Assembly: GCA_035478595.1 (NCBI GenBank) | Contig: DATIJL010000010.1 | Location: forward strand, 35,733 to 99,732 | Reading direction: 5' to 3' | DNA: 64,000 nt | Source: Candidatus Chromulinivoraceae bacterium | GTDB lineage: Bacteria > Patescibacteriota > Saccharimonadia > Saccharimonadales > Saccharimonadaceae | In this document: one piece after another, positions 37,849 through 45,509 of the stretch | Position numbering within the stretch: the first letter of the stretch is position 1 | Layout of the letters: every line of letters begins with the position of its first letter | Notes under the pieces: model-generated | What the model saw: the letters and a program-made list of their open reading frames with translations, nothing else | What the model was told of the DNA's origin: nothing | Databases searched by the model: none | Program-made: the position numbers and the translations under genes

Positions 37849-39078
37849 ATGCCTCTTATGCTTGTGATAGGTTGGGTACTAGTGAATAGATTCAACCGAC
37901 ACACATCATCCTTCCGCTCCCGAGTCTCCCGGGCTACTATTGGTGTGTGTGCAGCACTCGTAGCTATAGCTGCGCCGCTAATGCTGACAACAAATGCGGT
38001 CCATGCGGATCAATATGACGATCAGATTAACGCAATACGGGCGCAAGTTAACCAGTTCCAGGCTCAAGCGAATGAATACCACAAGCAAGCCAGCTCGCTT
38101 CAGGCTGCTGTTGATGCTATCCAGGCTGAGGTCAATGGAATTCAGGCAGAGGTTAATCTCTCGCAGGCACAGTACGATAAACTTACGAATGATATTACTG
38201 TCAATAAGCAAAAACTAGCCGATAATCAAAAGGCACTAGGCGATATTATTGCGGATCTTTATGTAAATGGAAGTGTTTCACCGCTTGAAATGCTCGCTAG
38301 CAGTAAGAATGTGGGTGAGTATATGGATAAGAATACCTACCAGACGTCGGCTCGGGATAAGCTTAACGGTACAATCGATGCAGTTAAAACCCTCAAAGCT
38401 CAACTAGAAAAAGATCAACAGGATGTTGCTAAGGTCCTCGCTCAGCAAAAAGCCCAACAAGATACGCTCGCTGCAAAGCAGGCTGAGCAACAGCAACTGC
38501 TAACGCAAACTCAGGGCAATGAAGCCGCGTATCAACAGAAGGTTGCCGATGGTCAGGCGCAAATGGCGGCCATCGCAGCTCAGCAGCGTGCAGCCTTGCA
38601 GCGCATTACTGGCGGTGGTATGTACAACTATGGTACCGTTGGTTCATTCCAGTTTCGTAATTACAGCGGTAACACTGGTTGTGGCGGTGGTGGCTATAGC
38701 CTTTGTGGTGCACAGGACAGCTACTCTGATCAGTGGGGTCTTTTAAACCGTGAATGCGTTAGTTACACCGCATGGGGCGCTTACAGTATTTATGGTAAAG
38801 ATGTGCAAAACTTTGCGGGTGCAGGTAACGCGTACCAATGGCCATCAACGACTTCGCGTATGGGCGCGTACACAGATAACACACCTGAGGTGGGGTCAGT
38901 CGCTATTTTGCCTCCGACACCTGGATTTGCACCAATTGGACATGCCATGCTTGTAAACTCGATTGAAGGCGGTGGATGGGTCGGCGTAAGCCAATACAAC
39001 TTTGGTGGCACAGGCGAATACAGTACAATGGACATTCAGAGCTCCGGCGTAGTATTTATTCACTTCCAGAGCCGCTAA
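37849..39078 (+). CDS. secreted coiled-coil + CHAP-domain peptidoglycan hydrolase (PcsB-like architecture)
   Basis: 409 aa. Signal-like N-terminus (...AAPLMLTTNAVHA), ~230 aa of Q/A-rich heptad-like sequence including a 21-nt tandem (38119-38160, IQAEVNG/IQAEVNL), and a C-terminal CHAP with Cys (RECVSYTAWG) and His (GHAMLV). The exact start is uncertain. Confidence 0.8.
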   Translation: MPLMLVIGWVLVNRFNRHTSSFRSRVSRATIGVCAALVAIAAPLMLTTNAVHADQYDDQINAIRAQVNQFQAQANEYHKQASSLQAAVDAIQAEVNGIQAEVNLSQAQYDKLTNDITVNKQKLADNQKALGDIIADLYVNGSVSPLEMLASSKNVGEYMDKNTYQTSARDKLNGTIDAVKTLKAQLEKDQQDVAKVLAQQKAQQDTLAAKQAEQQQLLTQTQGNEAAYQQKVADGQAQMAAIAAQQRAALQRITGGGMYNYGTVGSFQFRNYSGNTGCGGGGYSLCGAQDSYSDQWGLLNRECVSYTAWGAYSIYGKDVQNFAGAGNAYQWPSTTSRMGAYTDNTPEVGSVAILPPTPGFAPIGHAMLVNSIEGGGWVGVSQYNFGGTGEYSTMDIQSSGVVFIHFQSR

Positions 39079-39567
39079 CTAGGCCATTATCAATGCATAA
39101 AGCGCTATGCCTGCAGCAACGCTAACATTGAATGACTCCTTTTTGCCAACCATCGGAATCTCGATAATGTCATCGCACTGTTCTAGCAGATCCTGGGATA
39201 TGCCATGTACTTCCTCGCCAAGAAGGAGCACGATTTTTTGTGGAGGCGTGTAGTTTGGCAACTTGTATGATCGCTCAGCTTGTTCGAGACCTACAATGGC
39301 GTAGCCAGCTTGTTTGAGCTGTTCGAGATTCGGTATTTCCTGATATTCGAAAGGCACAATGGTTTCCGCGCCTAGAGCTGTTTTATGGATTTGACTTGTC
39401 AACTTTTCAGCAATATGAGGTAGACGAGTATCGCCTTGAAAAGATGGTAGAGGCGTATAGCCGCTAAAAATAATCTTGGATATCCCAAAACCTTCGCTGG
39501 TACGGAAAATTGCACCTACGTTATGAGTGGAGCGAATGTTGTGCGCAATAACGATGATTTCTCGCAT
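39079..39567 (-). CDS. SpoU/TrmH-family RNA 2'-O-methyltransferase
   Basis: 162 aa with NVGAIFRTSEGFG and a C-terminal trefoil-knot motif IPMVGKKESFNVSVAAGIALY. Its stop codon abuts the stop of the convergent CHAP gene. Confidence 0.8.
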   Translation of the reverse strand: MREIIVIAHNIRSTHNVGAIFRTSEGFGISKIIFSGYTPLPSFQGDTRLPHIAEKLTSQIHKTALGAETIVPFEYQEIPNLEQLKQAGYAIVGLEQAERSYKLPNYTPPQKIVLLLGEEVHGISQDLLEQCDDIIEIPMVGKKESFNVSVAAGIALYALIMA

Positions 39568-39591
39568 ATCTCATGATTATACCACTGTAAA

Positions 39592-41244
39592 ATGCTAGCG
39601 CTTTCTGATAGACTACATGTAATGGACGAAGACAAGATTCAGGAACGACGGCGAGAACAAGATGAAAAGTCTACACAGCAGCGTGCAGCCATCCTGGGTT
39701 TGCAATATCTTGACACCCGAAGTATAGAGCAGACTCTTCCGCTCGCAAAAGATATGCTAAGCATCGAGGAAATGTATCGAGGACACATCGTTCCGCTTAT
39801 TCCGGGTGCTGGTAGTGAGCCATATAGATTTGGCGTTACAAGCCAGACCCCCCAGTCTCTTATCAAGGCGATGGAGAAAGAGTTCAGCGATCGAGGAGAT
39901 AACACGCAGTTCCTGCTCATTAGCGGTAGTGGCTTCACGCAATTTATGAACCGCTTCGATCCTCCGAAGAAAGTTATTTACGAGGATATTGAAATCGCCA
40001 AAGAAGGTGATAGTGAAACGATTACTCAGGTCAGTAAAACGCTTAATTCCGTGGGAAGTGATCAAGTTTTTGACTATCTTATTACGCAGGCGGATAAGCT
40101 TAATGCGAGCGATATTCACATTGAAAACGAGCGAACCTACATCCGTATTCGCATGCGTATTGATGGTGCTCTACACCCTGTCGCTGATCTCGATAAGGAT
40201 CGCTATCGAATCATTATGGGTGAATTGGCATCGCGCGCAAATGTATCTTCGGCAGCAACCGAACCACAATCCGGGCATATGCAAAAGGAGATAACGCGTG
40301 ATAGTGCAACACATTTGCTCAACATCCGTGTTGAGACAGTACCTACAATGTATGGGCAGGACGCGGTGCTGCGTCTCTTTAACTTTGACGAGAGTCTTCT
40401 AAATCTTGATCGTCTGAGTATTCCTGAAAAACAACGTAAAGAGATCGATGAGGTTATTAGCCACCCTCGCGGTATGGTGCTGATGGTCGGTCCGACTGGT
40501 TCTGGTAAGTCAACCACGCTGTATAGCATGCTGAACGCTCTCAACACACCAGATCGTAAGCTTATTACACTCGAAGACCCGATCGAATATGGTCTTGACG
40601 GTATTTCACAAATTCCAATTAGTACAACAAATGGCCAAAGCTTCGCCGAAGGCTTAAGGTCGGTACTTCGTCTTGACCCAGATGTTGTGATGATCGGTGA
40701 GATTCGAGACCAGGATACGGCTAAAACAGCTATCCAAGCATCAATTACAGGTCACTTGGTGCTCTCAAGCTTTCACGCCAACTCCACGAGTGCTGCGTTT
40801 AGTCGCATGATAGATCTTATCGGGGTCAACCCTATCTTTAGTTCAGCTATTCGTATGCTCATCGCACAGCGGTTGGTCCGTCGACTTTATGACGATACAA
40901 AAGAAGAATATGATCCAGACGAGTCAACCAAGCAGTATGTTCAGAAAGTCCTCGAGAACCTACCAGATGATATGGACAAGCCTGATCTTGAAAACTTCAA
41001 GCTCTGGAAACCTGTTCCGAGCGACGATGTGCCGTTTGGCTATAAAGGCCGAATCGTTATAATGGAACAAATGCTAGTGACTGAAAACATTCAGAAGTTC
41101 CTTCGTGGAGAGGTAAAAGACGTCCATGCAGAGGTGATTGAAAAAGAAGCGATGGCAGGCGGCATGCTAACGTTGCTGCAGGTAGGTGTACTAGCCGCTC
41201 TTCGAGGAGAAACAACGCTCGAGGAGATAAACCGGGTAATCTAG
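39592..41244 (+). CDS. pilB: type II/IV secretion-family ATPase (PilB/GspE-like)
   Basis: 550 aa with Walker A GPTGSGKST, Asp box, Walker B DPDVVMIGEIRD and His box SSFHAN. The product contains no cysteine at all. Confidence 0.85.
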   Translation: MLALSDRLHVMDEDKIQERRREQDEKSTQQRAAILGLQYLDTRSIEQTLPLAKDMLSIEEMYRGHIVPLIPGAGSEPYRFGVTSQTPQSLIKAMEKEFSDRGDNTQFLLISGSGFTQFMNRFDPPKKVIYEDIEIAKEGDSETITQVSKTLNSVGSDQVFDYLITQADKLNASDIHIENERTYIRIRMRIDGALHPVADLDKDRYRIIMGELASRANVSSAATEPQSGHMQKEITRDSATHLLNIRVETVPTMYGQDAVLRLFNFDESLLNLDRLSIPEKQRKEIDEVISHPRGMVLMVGPTGSGKSTTLYSMLNALNTPDRKLITLEDPIEYGLDGISQIPISTTNGQSFAEGLRSVLRLDPDVVMIGEIRDQDTAKTAIQASITGHLVLSSFHANSTSAAFSRMIDLIGVNPIFSSAIRMLIAQRLVRRLYDDTKEEYDPDESTKQYVQKVLENLPDDMDKPDLENFKLWKPVPSDDVPFGYKGRIVIMEQMLVTENIQKFLRGEVKDVHAEVIEKEAMAGGMLTLLQVGVLAALRGETTLEEINRVI

Positions 41245-41260
41245 CCTTTTAAGGAGGCCT

Positions 41261-41905
41261 GTGAAAAAAATCTTGTATATTGGCGGGGTGGGAAGTGATT
41301 CGCATCTTGTTGATGCACTTGCGTCTGCGCTAGCGACGCAATTTGACGTTAATGTCATGGCTATGTCTTTTAGTGAGGCATATAAGAATAACGCACAGGT
41401 AGCGCGGCTCGTACCGGAATGTTTGGTTATTACTCACTCGACAGGCATGGTGCTGCTGAAAAATATGGCACCAAAAGAGCTTATTGCGATTGCACCTCCA
41501 ATGCCATCTTTGCCGTCACTACTTCTTTGGAGGTCATTCCCTAAAACGATTGCACTTATTGCAAGCGGTCGAGAGTCTATAGATCGTCCACAAAAGTTGC
41601 TTGCTTATCACCTGCATTTCATAAAAGAACATATTCTACGTCCATACCTCAATAATGCATTAGTGCGTGAGATAGGCGCGTTCGATGCTGCTCAACAAGC
41701 GGTAGAAATGGTAAGATGCGGTAGCAAAGTGACGCTTGGATTCATGGAGAATGACAAATTGTTTCCTCAGGCTGCAACACATCCGCATCTTGAACTCGCG
41801 AAAGATCAGGGAGTAACGATAGTCGATATGATTTTGGGTCATCACGATGAGTTTGTGCTGTATCCAACAGAGGTTCTAGCGCAGCTTGATCAGGGATCTT
41901 TATAG
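41261..41905 (+). CDS. alpha/beta-hydrolase-like protein, unknown function
   Basis: 214 aa, GTG start after RBS aaggagg. Candidate Ser-Asp-His order (VITHSTGM ... ENDKLF ... GHHDEF). No signal peptide. Confidence 0.5.
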   Translation: MKKILYIGGVGSDSHLVDALASALATQFDVNVMAMSFSEAYKNNAQVARLVPECLVITHSTGMVLLKNMAPKELIAIAPPMPSLPSLLLWRSFPKTIALIASGRESIDRPQKLLAYHLHFIKEHILRPYLNNALVREIGAFDAAQQAVEMVRCGSKVTLGFMENDKLFPQAATHPHLELAKDQGVTIVDMILGHHDEFVLYPTEVLAQLDQGSL

Positions 41906-41944
41906 GTGGCGGTGTGTCACTTTTTATGATATGATAATTAAACT

Positions 41945-42651
41945 ATGGCGCACAAAGTCTTGGTAGGCGGTTTTGCGAGCGGTCCACGGCAAATGGAAAA
42001 GGTTGCCCAGTCACTCGCGGCGCATTACGACGAGGATGTCGAAGCGATACCTTTTAGAGAGGCGATGACCGATGCTGCTCGGCTTGAACGGATGACTCGC
42101 CAAGCGGATGTGATAACTCATTCAGCAGGGATGGTAGCGCTAAAGGATATGAGCCCAGATTCGATAACTGCTATCGCGCCACCGGTTCCTGTATGGGCTC
42201 CATTGCTTGCCTTGAGAGGAATTGCAAGTACAACGGAGCTTGCGCTTCACAGTGTTGTACCTGGCTATGAACCTGACGAGGTGAACGGTTGCATCCGTGA
42301 CGGCACAGCAGAGCTGCTACTACACCTTGAAGGTAATATGCGTTGATGGGTCAGGTAGCACTCTTTGATGCACTGAAGACGTCTAGCGCAGCGTAGGGAG
42401 CGGGAATTATAACTGGTCTTGCGCTCATGAGACATGACAAGTTGTTTCAATCTCACCCACGTAAGATCGAAGTTGCACGACGCGCAGGTGTTAACATCGT
42501 TGTTGTTCCGGGTGTACATGAAGATTTTATCAAGATGCCGGGTCGTATCTTGCGCGCCTATGAGCAAGGAGGGGTAACGGGTGAAGCGACCGGTCTTATC
42601 ACCGTCGCCTTGTCACAGCCAAAACTTCAACAACTACGCGAAATTACTTGA
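41945..42651 (+). pseudogene. decayed tandem paralogue of the preceding alpha/beta-hydrolase-like gene
   Basis: The N-terminal part (41945-42346, VITHSAGM) and C-terminal part (42427-42651, RHDKLF...GVHEDF) align with 41261-41905. The two parts are in different frames. The bridging frame reads GQVALFDALKTSSAA-TAG(42394-42396)-GAGIITGLALMRHD. Confidence 0.6.
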
Positions 42652-43777
42652 TTACCTTAGCGATAGAAGGAACGAGTCGTTCGTCAAATACGGGCGGAAT
42701 AATGTGCTCAGCGTCTGGGGTGTCAACAAGACTAGTAATAACCTTAGCTGCTGCAATCTTGTGCTGATCAGTGATTGTTTTAACTTTGTTGTCGAGCGCG
42801 CCGCGAAAAATTCCCGGGAAAGCTATCGCATTATTCACCTGATTAGGAAAATCGCTTCGTCCGGTAGCCATAATAGCAACACCGGCCTGCTTGGCGACAT
42901 CTGGCATGATCTCTGGTGTTGGATTGGCGAGCGCAAAAACAATGGGCTGAGTTGCCATTTTTTTAATTAATTCAGGAGTGAGGAGTCCAGGTTGACTGAC
43001 GCCAATAAAGACATCGGCGTCTGTGAGTGCGTCGGCGAGAGACCCCTGAGCTGAGGTATCGATATAGTCTAGTAAAAGTTTTTTAGCTTCATTAAGATCT
43101 TGTCGTGAATTACCGATAATGCCCTTACTGTCAACCGCAAGGATCTGAGGTTTAGCGTAGAGGTGGAGTAATTTTGTGATGGCAGTACCGGCCGCTCCTG
43201 CGCCGACAATAACAATTTTGCAATCCTCAAGCTTTTTACCAGTTACTTTCATGGCATTTATGATACCAGCAAGTACGACAATCGCCGTGCCGTGTTGGTC
43301 GTCGTGAAAGACCGGAATATCTAGCTCTGCCTTTAGCCGCTCTTCTATCTCAAAACACTGAGGAGCGGCTATATCTTCGAGATTAATAGCGCCAAAACTT
43401 GATGATATTGCTTTAACAGTGGTGATGATTTCGTCTGGTGTATGGATGTCCAGTGTAATAGGAACACTATCAATGCCTGCGAAATGCTTAAAAAGTAGGG
43501 CCTTACCTTCCATAACAGGCATGGAGCCTTTTGGTCCGATATTTCCAAGGCCTAGAACGGCTGAACCGTCGGAAATAACAGCAACGAGGTTATTTGTCCA
43601 GGTGTAGACTGGCAGAAGAGAGGGGTCCCCGGCGATGGCTCGACTGACGGCCGCTACCCCTGGAGTGTAGTAGCAGCTGAGTTTTTCTTTTGTGAGTTCG
43701 CTTGTATCTCGAAGCGTGGTCTTGATTTTGCCGGCATATTGTTTGTGCAGTTCGAGGGCCATTTCGTCGTAGTTCAT
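42644..43777 (-). CDS. NAD(P)-dependent malic enzyme
   Basis: 377 aa from MNYDEMALELHKQYAGKIK, with YTPGVA, VISDGSAVLGLGNIG and GAGAAGTA motifs. The track start at 43834 adds 19 residues and remains possible. Confidence 0.9.
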   Translation of the reverse strand: MNYDEMALELHKQYAGKIKTTLRDTSELTKEKLSCYYTPGVAAVSRAIAGDPSLLPVYTWTNNLVAVISDGSAVLGLGNIGPKGSMPVMEGKALLFKHFAGIDSVPITLDIHTPDEIITTVKAISSSFGAINLEDIAAPQCFEIEERLKAELDIPVFHDDQHGTAIVVLAGIINAMKVTGKKLEDCKIVIVGAGAAGTAITKLLHLYAKPQILAVDSKGIIGNSRQDLNEAKKLLLDYIDTSAQGSLADALTDADVFIGVSQPGLLTPELIKKMATQPIVFALANPTPEIMPDVAKQAGVAIMATGRSDFPNQVNNAIAFPGIFRGALDNKVKTITDQHKIAAAKVITSLVDTPDAEHIIPPVFDERLVPSIAKVIK

Positions 43778-43889
43778 TATTCTATTATATCGCCTTTCGT
43801 CTAAAATGCTCGTGACCCCTTTCAAAAAATGCATCTATCTGCTATAGTTAATAGCTGATTGTATCTATAAATAGTAAAGCGAGAGAAGA

Positions 43890-44315
43890 ATGAGTTTTGC
43901 ATTAATCCAAAAAGTGAACGACGAGCAGAAAAAGCCTGCTATCGTTGATGTTCGCAGCGGTGATACCGTTCGTGTTTACCAAAAAATTAAAGAAGGTGCT
44001 AAAGAGCGTATCCAGATGTTTGAAGGTGTTGTTATCCGTACTGACAATAAGCAGTCTCATACAGCACGCATTACTGTACGTAAGGTTGCAAGCGGTGTTG
44101 GTGTTGAAAAGAGCTTTTTACTTCACAGCCCACTTGTTGATAAGGTAGAGGTTGTACGTCGTGCAAAGGTTCGCCGTAACTATCTTTCATTTCTACGTAA
44201 CCGTAGTGGCAAAAGCGCTCGTCTTGTTGCAAAAAACTTTGATCGCGAAGCAATAAACGCCGCAAACAACGTAAAGCCAGCCAAAGAAGAAGCTCCAGCT
44301 GAAACTGAAGCGTAA
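43890..44315 (+). CDS. rplS: 50S ribosomal protein L19 with C-terminal extension
   Basis: 141 aa. GDTVRVYQKIKEGAKERIQMFEGVVI is the L19 core. A ~25-residue K/A/E-rich tail follows. Confidence 0.95.
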   Translation: MSFALIQKVNDEQKKPAIVDVRSGDTVRVYQKIKEGAKERIQMFEGVVIRTDNKQSHTARITVRKVASGVGVEKSFLLHSPLVDKVEVVRRAKVRRNYLSFLRNRSGKSARLVAKNFDREAINAANNVKPAKEEAPAETEA

Positions 44316-44334
44316 AACCATTCTCTTGTTCATT

Positions 44335-44365
44335 AAACGCCTTGATTGCACACAAGGCGTTTTTT
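44335..44365 (+). terminator. intrinsic terminator of rplS
   Basis: Stem aaacgccttg / caaggcgttt with an 8-nt loop, then a T6 run. Confidence 0.8.
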
Positions 44366-44388
44366 GATTTCTTAATTTCTAGGACTTT

Positions 44389-44417
44389 CTCGCCTGCCGT
44401 TTTCATAGGCAGGCGAG
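44389..44417 (-). terminator. GC-rich hairpin downstream of the orphan minus-strand gene
   Basis: Perfect 10-bp stem ctcgcctgcc / ggcaggcgag with a 9-nt loop, 4 nt after the stop at 44422. Confidence 0.55.
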
Positions 44418-44421
44418 CGTC

Positions 44422-44748
44422 CTACTGACGGGATGACATAGTCTTGTCGCCTCTTGTGCGGGTGTGGAAGCTCCAGTCTGAAGAAGTTTGGAATGCAAGG
44501 AGCTCGTCACAGCGAGCAAGTGCTTTGAGCAGCTTGGAAAAATCCCCAAACCCCAACCTTTCGAGGAGTGAAGCTGTGAAGTGTGCTACCATACCCTCCT
44601 CACCGCAGTGAAAATGAGTGTAGGTGTAAATCTCTTCGTCTGCAGTAAGAATAACCTTGGTTCGAGTCACGAGCGCGCAATGGAACGTTATGTCCTTGAG
44701 TTGCGATACAGTTTCGTCGTGAAGATCACGAAGTGTCTCCCAGTCCAC
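44422..44748 (-). CDS. hypothetical Cys/His-containing protein (108 aa)
   Basis: GTG start preceded by RBS GGGAGGTG. Has its own hairpin. Contains FHC, HFHCG and RCD motifs. About 53% GC in a hand-counted block. No family recognised. Confidence 0.5.
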   Translation of the reverse strand: MDWETLRDLHDETVSQLKDITFHCALVTRTKVILTADEEIYTYTHFHCGEEGMVAHFTASLLERLGFGDFSKLLKALARCDELLAFQTSSDWSFHTRTRGDKTMSSRQ

Positions 44749-44826
44749 GAAGCACCTCCCAGTGAGTAGGACTTTGCATATAGTGTACTATTCGATTAAT
44801 AATGACAAATTCTGTATACTAGCTGT

Positions 44827-45399
44827 ATGATTGTCGGGATTGATGAGGTAGGAAGAGGTGCATGGGCTGGCCCGCTTGTTGTGGGCGCTGTTCTTCTTGC
44901 GAGTGTTCCGATTGAAGGTTTGACCGATAGTAAAAAGCTAACACGATTACAACGTGAACGGCTCAATGTCGAAATACGTCAAAAAGCAGCCGGCATTGGT
45001 CTTGGGTGGGTGAGCGCCAAACAGATTGATCGTATTGGTCTGAGCGAGGCACTTAAACTTGCTTCAAGGATGGCCGTTGCGCATATACATACGACTTATG
45101 ACGAGATCATCATTGATGGTACTGTAAAATTCATTGATGATCCGCGCGTAAGAGTTATGAAAAAGGCTGATTTACTTGTGCCGAGCGTGTCCGCTGCTTC
45201 GATCGTTGCAAAGGTAGCTAGAGATAACTATATGAAACATCTTGATATGATTTTTCCAGGCTACAAATTTAGTGGTCATGTCGGTTATGGTACGGCAGCA
45301 CATCGTAGCGCGATTGACCTATTGGGTGTGACGCCATTTCATAGACTGTCCTATGCGCCACTAGTTAAGTATGATACGTCAGTTATGATACGTGGATAA
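44827..45399 (+). CDS. rnhB: ribonuclease HII
   Basis: 190 aa starting MIVGIDEVGRGAWAGPLVVGAV, with DSKKLT and ASIVAK motifs. Confidence 0.9.
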   Translation: MIVGIDEVGRGAWAGPLVVGAVLLASVPIEGLTDSKKLTRLQRERLNVEIRQKAAGIGLGWVSAKQIDRIGLSEALKLASRMAVAHIHTTYDEIIIDGTVKFIDDPRVRVMKKADLLVPSVSAASIVAKVARDNYMKHLDMIFPGYKFSGHVGYGTAAHRSAIDLLGVTPFHRLSYAPLVKYDTSVMIRG

Positions 45400-45444
45400 A
45401 GGTTGCATACGTGATGAGCCTGCAATTGGTAGTGTTTATTCCCC

Positions 45445-45486
45445 AACCATTCATCCCCGAGCTTTCAAGCTCGGGGATGAATGGTT
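45445..45486. terminator. bidirectional terminator hairpin between rnhB and pepN
   Basis: Perfect 18-bp stem aaccattcatccccgagc / gctcggggatgaatggtt with a 6-nt loop, between convergent genes. Confidence 0.7.
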
Positions 45487-45509
45487 CATTTGCAGCTAGT
45501 TAGTGACTT

